From assembly GCA_951406725.2 (NCBI GenBank), contig OX597821.1, positions 66,774,001 through 66,838,000 of the forward strand: a stretch of 64,000 bases of DNA. Direction: 5' to 3'. This DNA is from Octopus vulgaris (lineage: Eukaryota). The position numbers and the translations under genes are program-made. The stretch's first letter is position 1. Every line of letters begins with the position of its first letter. Of the stretch, positions 28,267-41,694 are shown one piece after another. Below the pieces are notes generated by a model, which searched no databases, was not told the DNA's origin, and saw nothing but the letters and a program-made list of their open reading frames with translations.

Positions 28267-29165
28267 AAGGCGGCGAGCTGACAGAGTGGTTTAGCAAACA
28301 GGATATTGAACTTAGTGGCATTATGTCTGCCTTTACGTTCTGAGTTCAACTTCCGCCGAGGTTCGACTTTGCTTTCTATCCCTCCGGGATCTATAAATGT
28401 GAGCATCAATGGATCAATGGGTTCAACGTAAGCGATTGACCTCCCTGCCAAAATTCCAGGCTGTGTGCTTATATAAGAAAGTGTCATTAATACTAAGTCT
28501 TTATGCTGGTTGTACAAAATAATAGTAATGTTCTCTGATTTGGGCAATTTTGAAGGGATGGGGAATAATCGATACCATCGACTCCAGTAGTAGACTGGTA
28601 TTTTATTTTATTGAACCGGAGGAATGAAAGACAAAGTCTACTGCGGCTGCATAGGAACAACTCACAATGGTTTCAAATATTGGCACTGAGCCACCATTTG
28701 TACGATAAGGGGCAAGTCGATTACATCGACCCCAGTGTTCAACTAGGACTTAATCTAGCGATCCTGAAAGGATGTGTGATAAAACAGACCTCAGCAAAAT
28801 TTGGACTCGGTGTGTAAAGACCCAGAAGAAATGCAGGCTAAGCATTTATTAGATTCGAAAACGATTCTACCAGAATACTGCCTTAATAATTCTTCCTAAT
28901 TTTTGACAAAAGGCCAGAAAGTTTGAAAGGATATGGAAATTGATTAAAACGATCACATCGCTCGGCTGGTATTTATTTTATCGACACAGAAAGGATGAAA
29001 GACAAAGTCTATCTCAGCGGTATTTGAACTCCCACCACCGGTAATAATAAAAATAATAGTGATAACAAAACAGTTTCATAATTTGGCACAAGATCAGCAC
29101 TTTTATCTGGAGAGGCTTAATCGATTACATTGACACCAATTCTTGATCGATAATTAATTTTATCG
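28267..29165. mobile_element. Cluster of old SINE B copies: one on + (28267-28485) and about four head-to-tail fragments on - (28530-29165)
   Basis: Repeated degenerate CTGGTATTTATTTTATCGAC..GAAAGGATGAAAGACAAAGTC core. Confidence 0.65.
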
Positions 29166-29543
29166 TCTTGGTAGAGGTTGTTATTTCCAACAGGTGGAGC
29201 GACTGTTGGAAATATTGAGCTAACAACAAAGGAACTTCTGTCAGTGGGAGGCTTTTGTACAAAGGTATGCAAAATCAGATTTTACCTCGACTTAAGTATC
29301 GCCATCAACAGTAAACACTGCATACACTTCTTTGATTAATAGATGATGATAGCACTAAGTTTACTACAGATCTGGCAGAAAACTTCATACTTCATACATG
29401 ACGGTTCAACAAAACCTTTGTGTGTCATAGATACATCTACTTTACCATGTCTCTGCCACTCTTTACATCTCATAAAACTTGTTGTTTACATGCGCTAACA
29501 CACTGAGTAGTTGAGACATTAAGGTCGTTATTATATTGCTGAG

Positions 29544-29794
29544 TGGAGGCGCGTGGCTTAGGGGTTAGGGTGTCAGCATCATGATCGTAAGATTGCAGTT
29601 TCGATTCCTGGAGCGGGCGACGGGTTGTGTTCTCGAGCAAAACACTTCATTTCACGTCGCTCCAGTCCACTCAGCTGGAAAAATGAGTAACGCTGCGCTG
29701 GACTGGCGTCCCGTCCAGCTGGGGAATACATACGGCATTGAAACCGGGGAACCGAGCCCATGAGCCTGGCTAGGCTATAAAAGGGCACATTTAT
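29544..29794 (+). mobile_element. tRNA-derived SINE (head D + tail Y)
   Basis: GTGGCTTAGGGGTTAGGG and TTTCGATTCC boxes; tail GACTGGCGTCCCGTCCAGCTGGGG...CCCATGAGCCTGGCTAGGC. Confidence 0.8.
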
Positions 29795-29797
29795 AAG

Positions 29798-30113
29798 AAG
29801 GCGCAATGGCCCAGTGGTAAGGGCAGTTGACTCGCGGTCGGAGGATCGCGCTTTGATTCTCAGACCGGGCGTTGTGTGTGCTTATTGAGCGAAAACACCT
29901 AAAGCGCCACGAGACTCCGGCAGGTGGTAGTGGCGATCCCTATTGTACTCTTTCCCCCAACTTTCTCTCACACTTTCTTCCTGCCTCTTGAGAAAGGCTG
30001 TGATGGACTGGCGTTCCGTCCAGCTGGAGGGAACACATACGCCACAGAAACCGGGAAACCGGGCCCATGAGCCTGGCTAGGCTTGAAAAAGTGTGCATAA
30101 ATAAATAAATAAA
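29798..30113 (+). mobile_element. tRNA-derived SINE (head C + tail Y) with (AAAT)n tail
   Basis: GGCGCAATGGCCCAGTGGTAAGGGC head; the same tail Y as the adjacent copy. Confidence 0.82.
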
Positions 30114-31786
30114 TTATATTGCTGAAACTAAAATCTTTCCGGAAGGTATGTCATTATAGAAAATCACATTAAAAATCTACAAAGAATCGTTGTCCTGGCT
30201 TTACTTCAGAGATGGCACTGATATTAGATTTTATTTTTCACCAAGCAAAGATGACTCTGTTTGATTCACGTGGGCGTACACACACACACACACTGGCTGC
30301 ACGGACGCACGCGCACACACACGCACACATGTACACCAAAACACACTCACACACGCATGAACGCACAGACATTCAGGAAGGGCACGCCATGTTTGTCACA
30401 TGTTACTAGATGCCGTAGCAGAAACACTGAAATAGATGAGATATATTTCCCGGATTATTTGACTAATTTCAAATATTCCAAATGAATGATGACACGAAAA
30501 GCAAGATAATAAAAGATCATATCAGAATTATTATTCATAACGCACTAATTAGAATAAATACATTCCTAACGGCTAACCAAATGTTCAGCTAATAATCAGC
30601 TTTTATAATGGTCATCAGCACATATGCTATTATCGCCATCTCTTTCGGATTGAAACAAACGATTAATTATCTCTAAGTCGGTCGACTGGGCTAGAAATGT
30701 GTGACAAAGTGACGGAATAGAACCTAAAAATTACACATAAATGGGTGACTGTCGCATAAATGAGAGTATTTTTATTATCTCCTCAACTATTTATGAGATT
30801 TATAGGCTATTAGGTTCTTTGGATTAGGAATGAAAAACTCATACTAATGGAGATTCTATGATATATTTTTATAAAATAATTAGGTTTCAGAACATGTATT
30901 TTATTATAGTATTTATTAAATGGCGCAGGCAAATCTCTCGATCGTAAAGGGAAATGGAGGAACTGACCGGACATAAGCAAGAAAGATGGTCTCGACAAAT
31001 ATTTTCCGCTCAGATAAAACTGATACCAGTGCTATCTGTGGGTGTCTTTCTCTAGCACTGTTTCGCTTTCTCTCGCACTGTCTGCCTCTCCCACTTTCTC
31101 CTCTCTTTCTTTCTTTCGGAAAGAGAAAAGAGGAAACTGATGTTTCAGATAGCAAACAGCAATAATAAATATTTAATTCTATATTGTGATTGTCCCTAGG
31201 GTATTTATAATATTATATATGTAATTTAATCTGTTTGGTTTATGACATGCAATTAATAAGAATTCTGTTAATGAAAAGTACGATTATTGCGATAATAAGA
31301 GAATTATGGTTGTCATGGTCATCAAGGTGGAACTATACAAATATGAGGATGGGGACGGAGAGGAAGAAAACTACGACGAACTCTACATAATATGATATAA
31401 ATACTGAAATGCTGCCAATTTTTATTTGATTGATTTTATAATGAATACATATCAGTGGTACTTGATGTTAAGTCAGAGGTTAGCGCTGGTCGAGCCGTAA
31501 TTTGACGAAAAGCGTTCTAACTATGACTATCTCGTTACATTTTCAGACATGATATATCTGCAATTGCACTTTCATATGTTATTACTAGCATTTCGAGCAA
31601 CCGTGTATACGTATTCCCTATAGCTTGAATACATGTTGTCGTTTTTACTTTCTGAGTTCATTTCCCACTGAAGTCAAATGTGCCAATCGTCCACCAGGGG
31701 CCGATAAAATAGCATACATGGGGGTGATCGCTTCGTATATTCGACTTATCTTGAAATTGCTAGCCTTGTGTCTAAATCAGAAACTA

Positions 31787-32357
31787 TTTAGTTGTCCGGA
31801 AAGTTCGTGCCGATTTTTAATGGAAAGAAAAAGGTCAATAAATACTTGCCATTACATTTTTTATCAGCCAAGTATGAACTATTTTGTTGCACAATGCGTC
31901 TCCATCTTTCCTTTAACTTGAAAATATCCTCTTCCCAGAATTGAGGTGGTTTCATGGCAAAGAATTCATCAAGGTATCTTTTTACGTCATCCAAGGAATT
32001 GAAATTTTTACCATTATGACTATTTTGCATAAGACTATTCTGAATAAGAGGAAATCTGAAGGAGCAACATCTGGTGAATATGGAGGGTGGGGTAACACAT
32101 CCCAGCCCAGCTGCGGCAATTTTTGTCTGGTTCCCAAAGCATCAAGTGCCGAAAATGAACTTTCTTACCTTCCACTTTAAAGGTTTACAGAATTAACACA
32201 GGTTATAGGAACATAAATCTTCTTCCACGAAAATATAGCTTCAGCTGTGCTCTAAATGGAGGTGTAGTCAAATCCTATTTTATGAACTCAATCATGTTAT
32301 AAAATAAGTCTAAATGTCAGCTACTATAAATCGGCACGAACTTTCCGGAAAACCCAA
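31787..32357 (-). mobile_element. Internally deleted mariner element with ~30-bp TIRs and TA flanks
   Basis: TIRs TTTAGTTGTCCGGAAAGTTCGTGCCGATTT and AAATCGGCACGAACTTTCCGGAAAACCCAA. The minus strand encodes WDVLPHPPYSPDVAPSDFLLF and ...FWEEDIFKLKERWRRIV (mariner YSPDLAP region and C-terminus). Confidence 0.88.
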
Positions 32358-32674
32358 TATTAGTAATTTATGTTTTGATATACTTGTTATTGTTACTATT
32401 GTTATCGGTTAAGGAATATTGCATTTATTCGACACTGAGACTTGATCGAAACAACCTATGATTAATGACATAACTGTTTCCTCTCACTCGGAAGCAGTGC
32501 ATTGTCGAATGCGTCGGACGACTTTAAAGACGACAGTATGTGATTTGCAGGCGACCCGACCGCTATCTCTATCCCTTCGAATGACCATCACTCTCTTTCA
32601 CTAGTTGATGCTATCGTAGTATACTATTGTTTGGTTGGTAAAAAATATTGCTGATAATGCTGCTTATATTAGTT

Positions 32675-32882
32675 CTAAGTTTTGGCATAGAGCCAGCAAG
32701 TTCGGGATAGGGGTTAGGTTGACTATATCGACTCCAGGTCTCGGCTGGTACTAATTTTATCGACCCCGGAGGATGAAACGCAAAGTTGACCTCGGTGGAA
32801 TTTGAACTCAGATCGTAATGGCGGACGAAATGTGGTTAAGTATTTTGCCCAGTGTGCTAACGATTCTGCCAGCTCGCCGCCC
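32675..32882 (-). mobile_element. SINE family B monomer with alternative tail
   Basis: Homology to family B head and core. Confidence 0.78.
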
Positions 32883-33864
32883 AAAAGTAATGCTGTTTTT
32901 TTTTTACTCTGTTTTGTTGTTTTTGTGGGTTACATCAGAAACCTTACCCGTCATTTGAAAGAGTATAACCAAGGAAATCCAATCATTTGCTCAAAGCATA
33001 ATATAAATTGTAGTGATCGAATCACCAATAATTGAATTCAATTCGTACATAAGAAAAGGAAAATAGAACTACTGAGAGTACTGAAAGTTAATTTCGTTGG
33101 GTCATGTATTCAGAATCAAGGACGGTAGGCTATTGGAAGGAACAATAAAGTGGAAAGGTTACTCTGCCCTATACTGGGAAGATCTAAGCTGAATAAGCAA
33201 ATTGTGTTAAAGATTATCTCCACGTGAGATAACGACATGTGTCAGGCAAATTATTCATCAGTCAAAAGCAGGTTTGGTGTCATGTAAAAGAAATGGTAGT
33301 CGAGGACAGAATTGGTGATACGCAAGGTAAACGACAACTCAGAGGTAGTTCTGACATCATGCAAAAAGATGGCAGTCCTGAGGTAGTCAGGTCTCCGCTT
33401 GGAGCTACTGGTAACATGTAACCCAGTACAACCTGTTACACGGTCGGGTCGTTGGCGTCTAAACTGGCAACCCCACCAAGATTTCTTGGTGAGGAGGGTG
33501 ATTTGGACACCCAGCAGGACTAAAAACAAAACCTGTCAAAGGGCAGAGGAACTCTCTCATGAGTCAATGGTCATCCAAAAAATCCGGTAGACATAATATC
33601 AAACAAAATACATAACAGGCAGAAGCAAACTGAGACAATCATATATATTACCAGTATGCCGCTGGTTTGTCATAGAAAGAGATGGCGGGCAAGAGGCAAC
33701 CTAGCAATATACATATAAGAGTCTGAGGCAGACTTGCTGTAACGCAAAATAAATGGCAATCTAAAAGCAGATGTAATGTCATGCAAAAATACTGAGAGTT
33801 TAGAAGCAGGCCGGGAGATACGTAAAGCACAAAATAGTTTAGGCGTGTGTGTGCGTGCATTGGT

Positions 33865-34057
33865 TTCTTTGTGGTTGTCTCCCATCACCACTAAACAAAT
33901 GGCGTTGCAGTATTTACGTCCCCGTAACTTAATGGTTCGGCAAACGAAACCGATAGAAAAATGTCCTGGCGTCGATTCGTTCGACTAAAATTTCTGCGAG
34001 GCTGTGATTCAGCATGGCTGCAGTTTAATGACTGAAACAAGTAGAAGATGAAAGATA
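33865..34057 (+). mobile_element. SINE family A 3' half, diverged
   Basis: TTTACGTCCCCGTAACTT ... CAGCATGGCTGCAGTTTAATGACTGAAACAAG. Confidence 0.7.
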
Positions 34058-34104
34058 AACGGTTCTTTAAGACAGAAGGTTTGGAATTTTATAGAAATTT
34101 GTTT

Positions 34105-34697
34105 AAGGTGGCGAGTTGGTAGAATCATTAGCACGCCGGGCGGAATGCTTTGTGGTATTTCGTCTGCCATTACGTTCTGAGTTCACATTCTGCCGAGGTC
34201 GACTTTGCCTTTCATCCTTTCGAGATCGATTAAATAAGTACCAGTTACGCACTGGGGTCGATATAACCTACTTAATCCGTTTGTCTGTCCTTGTTTGTCC
34301 CCTCTGTGTTTAGCTCCTTGTGGGTAGTAAAGAAATAGGAATTTCGTCTGCCGTTACGTTCTGAGTTAAAATTCCGCCGAGGTCAACTTTGATTTTCATC
34401 CTTTCGGGGTCGATTAAATAAGTACCAGTTACGCACTGGAGTCGATGTAATCGACTTAATCCTTTTGTCTGTCCTGTGTGTGTTTAGCACCTTGTGGGTA
34501 GTAAAGAAATAGGTATTTTGTCTGCCGCTACGTTCTGAGTTCAGATTCCGCTAAGGTCGACTTTGCCTTTCATCCTTTCGGGGTCGATTAAATAAGTACC
34601 AGTTACGCACTGGGGTAGATATAATCGACTTAATCCGTTTGTCTGTCCTTGTTTGTCCCATCTGTGTGTAGCCCCTTGTGGGCAGTAAAGAAATAAG
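34105..34697 (+). mobile_element. SINE family B, trimeric
   Basis: Body units start at 34155, 34339 and 34513; the second and third each follow GTAAAGAAATAG. Confidence 0.88.
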
Positions 34698-35572
34698 AAA
34701 TTTGTTTATTTCAAGCAGGTCCAGACATCATTTAGAAGCTCCTCCTCTTTTTGAGTGAAACACTTGTTATTGAACCTGAAATAACGAAGGTTAAAAACGT
34801 AATACAACAGTGATACGAATTCACATAGACCTAACGTAACGTATTCTTGTAATAGTGAAGATCATGAAATAACAGTTCTGGTGATTCGCTGATTGTAATA
34901 TTATTGCTACAGCTAACATAGATATAGTGTGTGTAGATAGTGTTATAAGGAGAATAATAGAATTATTACTAAATTAAAATTATGATAATAATCTGAAATA
35001 GCACAAACCACAGCAATAAACAAGAAGCGCTCACACGCAGACTGACCTACACGCAATCACATACAAAACAGATATTTACAGGCGCACACACTCAAACATA
35101 CGTCGACGCACAAATAACAGAAGAAAAATGAAAGTAAGAATTTCTGTTTAGTTATATAGGTGTTGCAGGAATATACGTTTATCGGTAGTTCTCCATTGAT
35201 TTTATCTAATTTCCGTTTCTGTAGACACGAAATAAGATTTTCATAAAATCGCCATCTTATTTTATTGCTTTCCATTATTTCAACTGTTTTGCTAGACACT
35301 GGACACGGGAGGGAGAGAAAGAGTGAAATGGGTACAGAGAGAGAGAGAGAGAGAGAGAGTGAAAGAGGGAGAGAGAGAGTGGATGAGATACATTGGTGGT
35401 GGTGGTGGTGGTGGTGGCGGGGTTCTTTTATCACTATTTCAAGCAGAGAGTATTGTGTGTTCTAGATATATCGGACTATTAACTTCGTCCATTCAGTGTA
35501 GAGATGCACTTCATTTTGATTTCATGTATTTCATGATCGCTTTCTGTATTTACACGTACACAAACACTCACT

Positions 35573-35638
<66 letters not shown>

Positions 35639-35702
35639 GCACTCACACACTCAAAGAAAGAAACACGCATACACATATAACCACACACAACCAAACACAT
35701 GT

Positions 35703-36110
35703 ATACGTTTGTGGCTGTGTGGTAAGTAGCTTGCTTACCAACCATATAGTTCCGTGTTCAGCTCCACTGCGTGGAACCTTGGGCAAGTGTCTTCTACTAT
35801 AGGCTCGGGCCGACCAAAGCCTTGTGAATTGATTTGGTAGACGGAAACTGAAAGAAGCCCGTCGTATATATATATGTATATATATATATGTGTGTGTCTG
35901 TTTATGTGTTTGTGTTTCTTCCCCCAACATCGCTTGACAACCGATGCTGGTGTGTTTGCGTTCCCGTACCTTAGCGGTTCGGTAAAATAGACCGATAGAA
36001 TAAGTACTAGGCTTCCAAAGAATAAGACCTGGGGTTGACTTGCTCGACTGAAGGCGGTGCTCCAACACGGACGTAATCAAATTACTGAAACACGTAAAAG
36101 AGTAAAGAAT
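35703..36110 (+). mobile_element. SINE family A, full length
   Basis: Homology to family A. Confidence 0.85.
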
Positions 36111-36131
36111 ATATATACATATGTCTGTCTG

Positions 36132-36193
<62 letters not shown>

Positions 36194-36539
36194 ACATGCA
36201 TTTATGTAAATTTAAATGAAACCCGAAAGAAAAGAGCTGAGGGTAATTAGAATGCTCCACGTGTAAGATCTATAAAGTTCTCGATGGAAAAAAGGCCACG
36301 AATATTAACTCTTTCAGATCATTTGCATAATAAATATATGTTGTACAAATTTATTCAGCTTTCCAAAATAGGAACATGCTTATAGAAGTCTTTATTCCTC
36401 TAACAGAGCGTTAAGTTATGGTAACCTGATGCTCGCCCGCTCTTGACGATAGTGCACGTTTATAAACTGATTAATTGCATACTAGCATTAAAAGTGCATG
36501 TAGCTATTATGTATATATATATATATATATATATATGTC

Positions 36540-36714
36540 TGTGTGTGTGTTTCTGCGTCTGTGTTTGTCTCACCAACATCGCTTGACAACCGATGCTGGT
36601 GTGTTTACGTCCCCGTAACTTGGCACCCAAGGGGCCACGCAGTGCGACTGGGTACGGAACCATAAGTCTGGTCCGTAAGCAAGCTACTTACCACACGGCC
36701 ACTCCTACGCCTAT
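36540..36714. mobile_element. Rearranged SINE A: + strand middle fused to - strand head
   Basis: ...GTGTTTACGTCCCCGTAACTT (+) is followed directly by CCCAAGG...AAGCTACTTACCACACGGCCACTCCTACGCCTAT (- head). Confidence 0.7.
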
Positions 36715-36724
36715 GTTCATGTAG

Positions 36725-36804
<80 letters not shown>

Positions 36805-37416
36805 GCATTGTTGGAGATATGCAGCATATCATAAATTTAATACACATTAAAATTCATGGAAACGCCCCAAACTTGTCCATAGTCAAACAGCTGCAACAAG
36901 TAAAAGGTTAAATGGACAGAAAAAAACATCTATGATTTATTTTAAATATTTCATGCATGTACGAGGGCGTTTTGTGTGCTCAGATTGAAAAAGAAAATCA
37001 ATGTGGAGAAGCGGTTTGTCTTTTTGAAAAAATATTACTGCAATTGCAGCTTGTCTGGGAGTGTGCTAAAAAAACCAAAAGATCACAACAGTTTGAAGTT
37101 AAAAACGCAAATGTCAAAATATATGCAGAATATTTAAATGTCATATACTAGTTGCAATGAATTTTTCCTTTTCCAAAGATGCGGGAAAATGATTGCAATT
37201 TTATTTGTTATTTCATCAAACGCGGAGAAAACAGCCAGTGCCATCGTTGTGATATCTTTCTCACTATTCGATATCAATGAAACTATATTCAATCGAAAGT
37301 TGTGTATCTTAATGGCTTGTAGAAAAAGCGTGAGCAGAGAGGTGGGAACAACAAAATGATATAGTTCTAGTTTGGAAAGACTGAACGGTGTTGAAGAGGA
37401 TCTTATAAATAAATAA

Positions 37417-37536
37417 TAGGCGTAGGAGTGAGTATGTGGTAAGTAGCTTACCAACCACATGGTTCCGGGTTCTGGCACATTGGCCAAGTGTCTTCTACTA
37501 TAGCTTCGGGCCGACGGAAACTGAAAGAAGCTCGTC

Positions 37537-37635
<99 letters not shown>

Positions 37636-37696
37636 TGTATGTATATATATATATATATGTATATATATATACATACATATATATATATACATACAT

Positions 37697-37734
<38 letters not shown>

Positions 37735-38680
37735 ATATGTATATATAAAAAATACAAAATGGGACAAGTACGCAAAACATCCAAACAGACGATACAAAAA
37801 ACACGGACGAGTCATTCGAAGCCTTTACTCTTCAGTCAAGAGCCGGATCATCCTCGCAATTTCGGCTGATTAATCTTGACATTGCTCCAATCTGGCCAGC
37901 CCCAAGAAAAACTAAGCTAAGGTCATTAGATTCCTTGAAAAAATTATTGAATGTATACGAAACAAGGACGGAAAAACGGACGATGTTACACGAATATAAA
38001 TACAAAAAAAAATTATAATAATAATAACAGGACATAACAACAGGCATCTTTCGACTGGAAACGAATTGAATTCAGTTGGCGTATTGAGAAGAAGCCTTTC
38101 GGCAAACGAATAGAACGATGTTACCGTACCCGTGGTCCGACGCAAAAGGGCTAGTCGGCCAGCGGTCACGTAAGAAGAGAAGAGAGAGAAAAAGAGAAGC
38201 AAAGGAATTAAGGAGGGGGAAAAGAGAGAGAAAAAGAGGAACAAAGGAATTACGAAGGAGGAGAAGAAAGAGAGCGTGTAGACCGAAGAATCAAGGATTG
38301 GCGAGAAAAAAGAAAGACAGGGACAGTGAAGAGCAAAGTAAGAAAGGCAAAGGAATTTGAGGGAGGGGGAGAGAGAGTGTGTTGAAGTCGTACAAAGTTT
38401 AGTGAAATGTGTACTTGCATATAAGAGAACAAAGTGTACGTACGCCGCTATATATATATATATATAAGATGTTTATGTGTCTGTCTTGGTCCCCCCAACT
38501 TCGCTTAACAACCGATGCTGGTGTGTATACGTCCTCGTCACTTACCGGTTCGGCAAGAGAGACCGATGGAATAATTACATGGCTTCCAAAGAATAAGTCC
38601 TGGGGTCGATTTGCTCGGCTAACGGCGGTGCTCCAGCATGGCCACAGTCAAATGACTGAAAGAAGTAAAAGACGAAAAAA
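37417..38680 (+). mobile_element. SINE A split by a ~700-bp unrelated insertion (~37745-38450) inside its internal microsatellite
   Basis: 5' half at 37417-37540, 3' half at 38470-38680, with TA runs on both sides of the insert. Confidence 0.72.
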
Positions 38681-39553
38681 AAAATTATAAAAATGAAAAG
38701 GAGAAAGTACTAATGTATGGAGTACAAAATTACGGAAGGAGATACTCCTTTCAGATTGTGAGGTATTTTCGTGAACATTTAGCCCTCTTCTGAGGACAAG
38801 GTTCAAATATTCACGGAGAGAATGTCTCTGTGCCACCTAGCAGGGATACTGAGTAACATACTTTTATTTTATGCGTTTGATCCACTAATTTTTAACGAAG
38901 CTCGTTTTGCACTGAAAATGGACATGTATTTGAAAGCAGTTTATTTGGATAAGATTATGTTCACGTAAATATCTGAAAATATTCTCCCTGCATACACATA
39001 CAAACGCACAAACACACACATAGATACATGCGTGCATTTATATGTGTATATAAAATTGCGTGTGCGCGTGTAATGCTGACTGTATTTAATATACTATTTT
39101 CTGGTATTTTAAACATGTTAGTCCCTTGCTACACTGAATTTCATCTGCGAGCGAGCGCAAAGGATCTCTAGGCATGTTATGTCAAAATTTGCCTGAAGAT
39201 CCTGTGCACATACCGGTAAAATTCAGAGTAGCGAGAACTGCAACCAAAATAACACACACACACGTACGTATATATGTAAAGATATATGTATATATACAAA
39301 TATGTGTGTGATTGTGTGTACGTTTGTCTATTATATTGATACACTTGTGAAGAAGTTTTAGTTTGTGGCACTTTCAGTAATAGTCGCTAAGTTTATAACA
39401 CTTATTACATAAAATTTAAAACTTCTTAATTTTGACTATGACGTCATTCAAAAAATTGGTGCATTCCGTTCTACAGATCAGCTATGTATGTACGAATATA
39501 TGTGTACACACACACACACACAGATATATATTTATATATAATAATAATGTATA

Positions 39554-39594
<41 letters not shown>

Positions 39595-40078
39595 CTGTTT
39601 GCAATATAATTCTAAGGAATTCTCGATTGAGCGTTCGGGGCGATTGCAACCGCTATCAAAGTATATTTTATTGCTTTGTAAAAGCATTGGAGTATTTTAG
39701 CTCCTCCTTCTAGCAATGTAGGTGTTATTCATGCCGTTAGTCAAGTTTAGTTGACGGCTATAAATTTCCTTTACGGTAAAATATTGCAAAGGGCTGTCTT
39801 TATTAATTTTTTGTATAAACATTAGCGATCTGCTAAATCATCCACAGATTTTTAAGCTGAATATATATATACACTCATAGGCAAGTGAACCCGGAAGCAA
39901 CCGAACGATCTGGCCATGCAGAAGATGACTACAGAAATAGCCCCAAACGAAGAAATTCTCGGTTCGGTGTTCGGTCCGATTGCTGCCCCTATCAGAGCAT
40001 ATGTTATGTGCTTTGTAACAGCAGTTGAGCATTCTAGCTCCTATTTCTAGCAATGTAGGTGTTATTCACATCCTTAGT

Positions 40079-40125
<47 letters not shown>

Positions 40126-41289
40126 CAACATGAGTGTAGGACAAAACCCTTCTGATCTTGACAAAAATGTCTGCATTTTTTTTCTAAAATTCAATTCTCA
40201 TGATGACAACGATGATGATAAATGAGATTGAGTTTTTGCAGATGGTGGTTGTAAGATTTGTTGCTAGTGATGGTGATTGTGATAGTGATGATGATGATGG
40301 TGGTGATGGTGGTGATGGTGGCGGTGGTGAAGTTGACGATGATGATTATGATGACGACGATGATTTTGAATGGTTTTGACTTGTAAAACACATTTCATGA
40401 AGTAAATGCCTTCCTATTTATGTTAGAATTCAGAAAATATGTACATTGAATAGCAAAGTCTATTGTGTTCTGTTATTTTATTCTACTTATCCATTTTCGA
40501 TTAAATAAATTTTTGCATATTTAGAAATTGGAATTTTGCAAAATATATTTTTTCACAAACGCGATTTCCGTTTTCTATTGGCATTTAAATAAAAGAAAAG
40601 AAAAAGATGAAAATATTTGGCAGTTGGCTCAAACATGTCAAAAGACCTTCTAGGATTAACTTTATAGGCTGGTTGAAAATTTCCGACGCATGCGTAAATG
40701 ACCGAACGAGTTTTAAAACATCCTGAATATTGGCGTTGATGTGTGTGGTGTGGGACGGGGTGTCAATTTATTTTCAAAATTCAAATTTTAGAAAAATATT
40801 TTTTTTTTTCAGAGTATCATAATCTTTGTATTTTTCTACACGGAATACCACCAAAATTTGTCAAAAAATGAAAAATTAAAAAATTGGGTTGGGGTGGGGA
40901 TTTAAATTTTGAAATGCCGATCTTTTGTCAGAATCGCAATCGCTGATGCCGAAATCGTCGAAATCAGTAAAAACACAAGGAAACCTTGTGTTTATTGTAG
41001 ACCTCTGCCAAAAGTATAACTGAAGGGGATTTGTCCTCTTTCGCACTTTAGCTTAGGAAGTTCGTCCGAGGGGTTTTACAGAGGGATTGTTGGCCTAGGA
41101 AGTTTTCTCCGAACCCCCAAACTACATGTCTGCTAATAATAAATGTTCATAGAAATATCTATACAGATATCATCAACAGCAGATAATTTTGTTAAAACGA
41201 AACCGACAATACAAGATGGATCGAAGTTCCCTTCTTATATTTTTCAGTATCCTACATGTACATTGTTTCAGTTCATCTGTATACCTAGA

Positions 41290-41630
41290 CGCAGGCGTAT
41301 CTGTGTGGCAAGAAGCTTACTTCACAACTACATGTATCCAACTTCAGTCCCACTGTGTGACACCTTTTACTATAGCCACGATGCGAACAAACTCTTGTGA
41401 GCGGATTTGGTAAACAAAAACTAGTCTTTAAAAAGAAATAAGTCCTGGGGTCGCTTTAGTCGAGAAAATTGACCCCAGGAATTATTCTTTGTAAGCCTAG
41501 TACTTATTCTATCGGTTCTTTTTGCCGAACTGCTACGTTACAGGGAGGTAAATACACCAGCATCGGTTGTCAAGCGATGCTGGAGGGGGACAAACACAGA
41601 CATACAAATACACACACACACACACACACT

Positions 41631-41694
<64 letters not shown>

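Noticed and set aside
34105-34697. CRISPR-like or ribozyme-bearing tandem array
   Set aside because: The units are contiguous SINE bodies with no unique spacers, no cas genes are present, and I found no CTGANGA/GAAA hammerhead core on either strand.
37805-37885. Minus-strand CTGAAGA and GCCGAAA as a possible type II hammerhead
   Set aside because: The stems do not flank the core correctly; a simple long hairpin explains the pairing better.
40135-41120. Possible DNA transposon with GGACAAAACCC / GGGATTTGTCC subterminal motifs
   Set aside because: I could not define termini or a TSD by eye.
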